DNA of 39,189 nucleotides from Minisyncoccota bacterium (GTDB lineage: Bacteria > Patescibacteriota > Minisyncoccia > Phycocordibacterales > UBA2135). Position 1 is the stretch's first letter. The number at the start of each line of letters is the position of its first letter. Below, one piece after another: positions 37,898 through 39,189 of this stretch. Position numbers and translations under genes: made by a program. The notes below the pieces were generated by a model. The model saw only the letters and a list, made by a program, of their open reading frames with translations, did no database searches and was not told where the DNA came from. The stretch spans positions 1 to 39,189 of the forward strand of contig JBBDJW010000002.1 in the NCBI GenBank assembly GCA_040879685.1, in the 5' to 3' direction.

Positions 37898-37971
37898 ATA
37901 GCTAGCATACGGGAAAAACAAAACGGCTACAAGCATATATTCTATGTTTGTAGCCGTTTCCCTTGTTTTTG

Positions 37972-38394
37972 TTAATAGATTTTACGCGGGGTGGACCGTC
38001 TAAAACCAGATTGCAACAAGAGACCTACCTCTTTGTCTGAGAGAAAGAACATTTTCCCACCGCCATTTTTCATGACGAGAAAAAGGTTACCTGTATTTTT
38101 GTAGTTTGCACACACATACGTGGGCGTTGCTTCGTGCCGGAGATCGCCTTCTTTGCACAGCACCTCCCATGTTTCTCCCTCATTTATGGGCAATCCTTGA
38201 GACGCCCAGTTATCATTTTCAGGAAGAGGGGTTCTTTCAAACACCTCGGAAAACGTGAAGCAAAGATTTTCATTTTCTTCCTCGCCATCCACCTTTGCAA
38301 AATGACAAAGGCGGAAGCCATATCGTCCTCCAAAGAGAATAACCCAACTTCCTCTCGCCTCGTTTAGCACACTTTTATTTATGAGCATACCCAT
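37972..38394 (-). CDS. Hypothetical protein
   Basis: A 140-aa ORF co-directional with its neighbours. I recognise no family. Confidence 0.5.
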   Translation of the reverse strand: MGMLINKSVLNEARGSWVILFGGRYGFRLCHFAKVDGEEENENLCFTFSEVFERTPLPENDNWASQGLPINEGETWEVLCKEGDLRHEATPTYVCANYKNTGNLFLVMKNGGGKMFFLSDKEVGLLLQSGFRRSTPRKIY

Positions 38395-38469
38395 CAGAAT
38401 CTCCTCATTTTTCTTAGGGTTGATTTTGGTTTTTAGAACTTTATCGTTCCATTTATTACTATACCGAGC

Positions 38470-39153
38470 CTAGTTTTTAAGGTCAAGGACAGAGTGTGTT
38501 TTCTTGTGAGCAAGAAAAAAAGCGGCGAGAATCGTGCCAACAAAGTTAAAGACAAGGTCAAGCGCAGTGTTTTCATAACCACCGACATTCGTGGAGGGGA
38601 GAAGTACCGTCATAAAAAATTCAATAATTTCATTTAACGCACCAAGCCCAAGCCCTGCCATAGCAACGACGATACCCACACCAAGAAAGCTTGAAGGTTT
38701 TTTTAAATGCGGATATAAGACCGAATACATAACAAGTGTTGCAACAAAGAAGCCGAAGGCGTGGATAATTTGATCATATTTTAAAATGAGGTATGGTTCT
38801 GCTACAAAGGGAATAAGAATAAGTGTATAGATAACATTACCATCTGCCATCTCTACGCCGCCAAGCATATGGAAGAAACTCCACACAAAAAGTCCCCAAA
38901 GCACAAAGTTTGGGTAGCGTACGAATTTATTTGAAAAGAGAACGGCAAAAAGAAGGAGAAGAACAATGGCAACATAGCCAATGAACTCAAAGTTTTGCTG
39001 TGCAATAAAGATTGTCGTAAAAACAAGAAGCGAAGCAACAAAACTCCATAGTATTTTTTTTTGACTCGGATGGATGTACATACTTGTATACGTATAGAGT
39101 ATGGTATATACAAAATAGTTTTTAGCAAGAGGGATGGGACTTAATTTTCTCAT
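38470..39153 (-). CDS. Polytopic membrane protein (possibly DUF2238/YjdF-like)
   Basis: 227 aa with about 6 TM segments and the motif NEIIEF...GGYENTALDL. The family assignment is tentative. Confidence 0.6.
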   Translation of the reverse strand: MRKLSPIPLAKNYFVYTILYTYTSMYIHPSQKKILWSFVASLLVFTTIFIAQQNFEFIGYVAIVLLLLFAVLFSNKFVRYPNFVLWGLFVWSFFHMLGGVEMADGNVIYTLILIPFVAEPYLILKYDQIIHAFGFFVATLVMYSVLYPHLKKPSSFLGVGIVVAMAGLGLGALNEIIEFFMTVLLPSTNVGGYENTALDLVFNFVGTILAAFFLAHKKTHSVLDLKN

Positions 39154-39189
39154 GGAAAATTCCGGGGAAGTCTCCTCCCAGACTTCCCT
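39154..39189 (-). repeat. Diverged inverted copy of the hairpin module of the tRNA-Arg repeat, truncated by the window edge
   Basis: GGAAGTCTCCTCCCAGACTTCC (39166-39187) is the exact reverse complement of GGAAGTCTGGGAGGAGACTTCC at 30413-30434. The adjacent GGAAAAT also matches the unit. Confidence 0.85.

Noticed and set aside
30413-39189. Genomic island bounded by inverted copies of the GGAAGTCT...AGACTTCC hairpin
   Set aside because: The enclosed genes include core essentials (valS, tsaD, tRNA-Phe), there are no mobility genes, and I see no obvious compositional break.

Overview
This window reads as a core chromosomal segment of a small-genome, moderately AT-rich bacterium. The protein repertoire looks Patescibacteria/CPR-like, which is an inference from gene content only. 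About 38 CDS under the standard genetic code are densely packed, and nearly all are housekeeping. Recognisable products are a Pif1-type helicase, DgkA, EngB, Cfa, Obg, a VIT1 transporter, an FMN reductase, RsmA, Nth, RNase J, a family-5 solute-binding protein, SecG, GroES/GroEL, LemA/HtpX, a DUF192 protein, class II RNR, an O-antigen-ligase/TPR membrane protein, MurJ, LepA, an FtsB-like protein, a glutaredoxin-like protein, DsbA plus rhodanese, a nitroreductase, Hsp20, PrsW, ValRS and TsaD. RNA genes I can support are five intact tRNAs (Gln-CTG, Ser-GGA, Gly-CCC, Arg-CCT, Phe-GAA) and an RNase P RNA on the minus strand. I found no CRISPR array, transposase, integrase or recognisable defence genes. 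The unusual signal is at the RNA-gene level: four of the five tRNA loci carry partial or interrupted copies of themselves. tRNA-Ser and tRNA-Gln each sit inside a second, split copy of the same tRNA, mounted on a leader/trailer helix. The split copies carry a shared hairpin module inserted in their D-loops. tRNA-Gly is followed by a mosaic 3'-half copy with an 88-nt structured insert. The last 19 nt of tRNA-Arg plus a highly structured trailer are repeated three times as perfect 122-bp units, and one hairpin of that unit recurs in inverted orientation at the right window edge. The affected tRNAs are all C34/G34 isoacceptors, and only tRNA-Phe is clean. I cannot tell from sequence alone whether these are functional split or intron-containing genes, scars of a tRNA-targeting element, or decaying duplicates.
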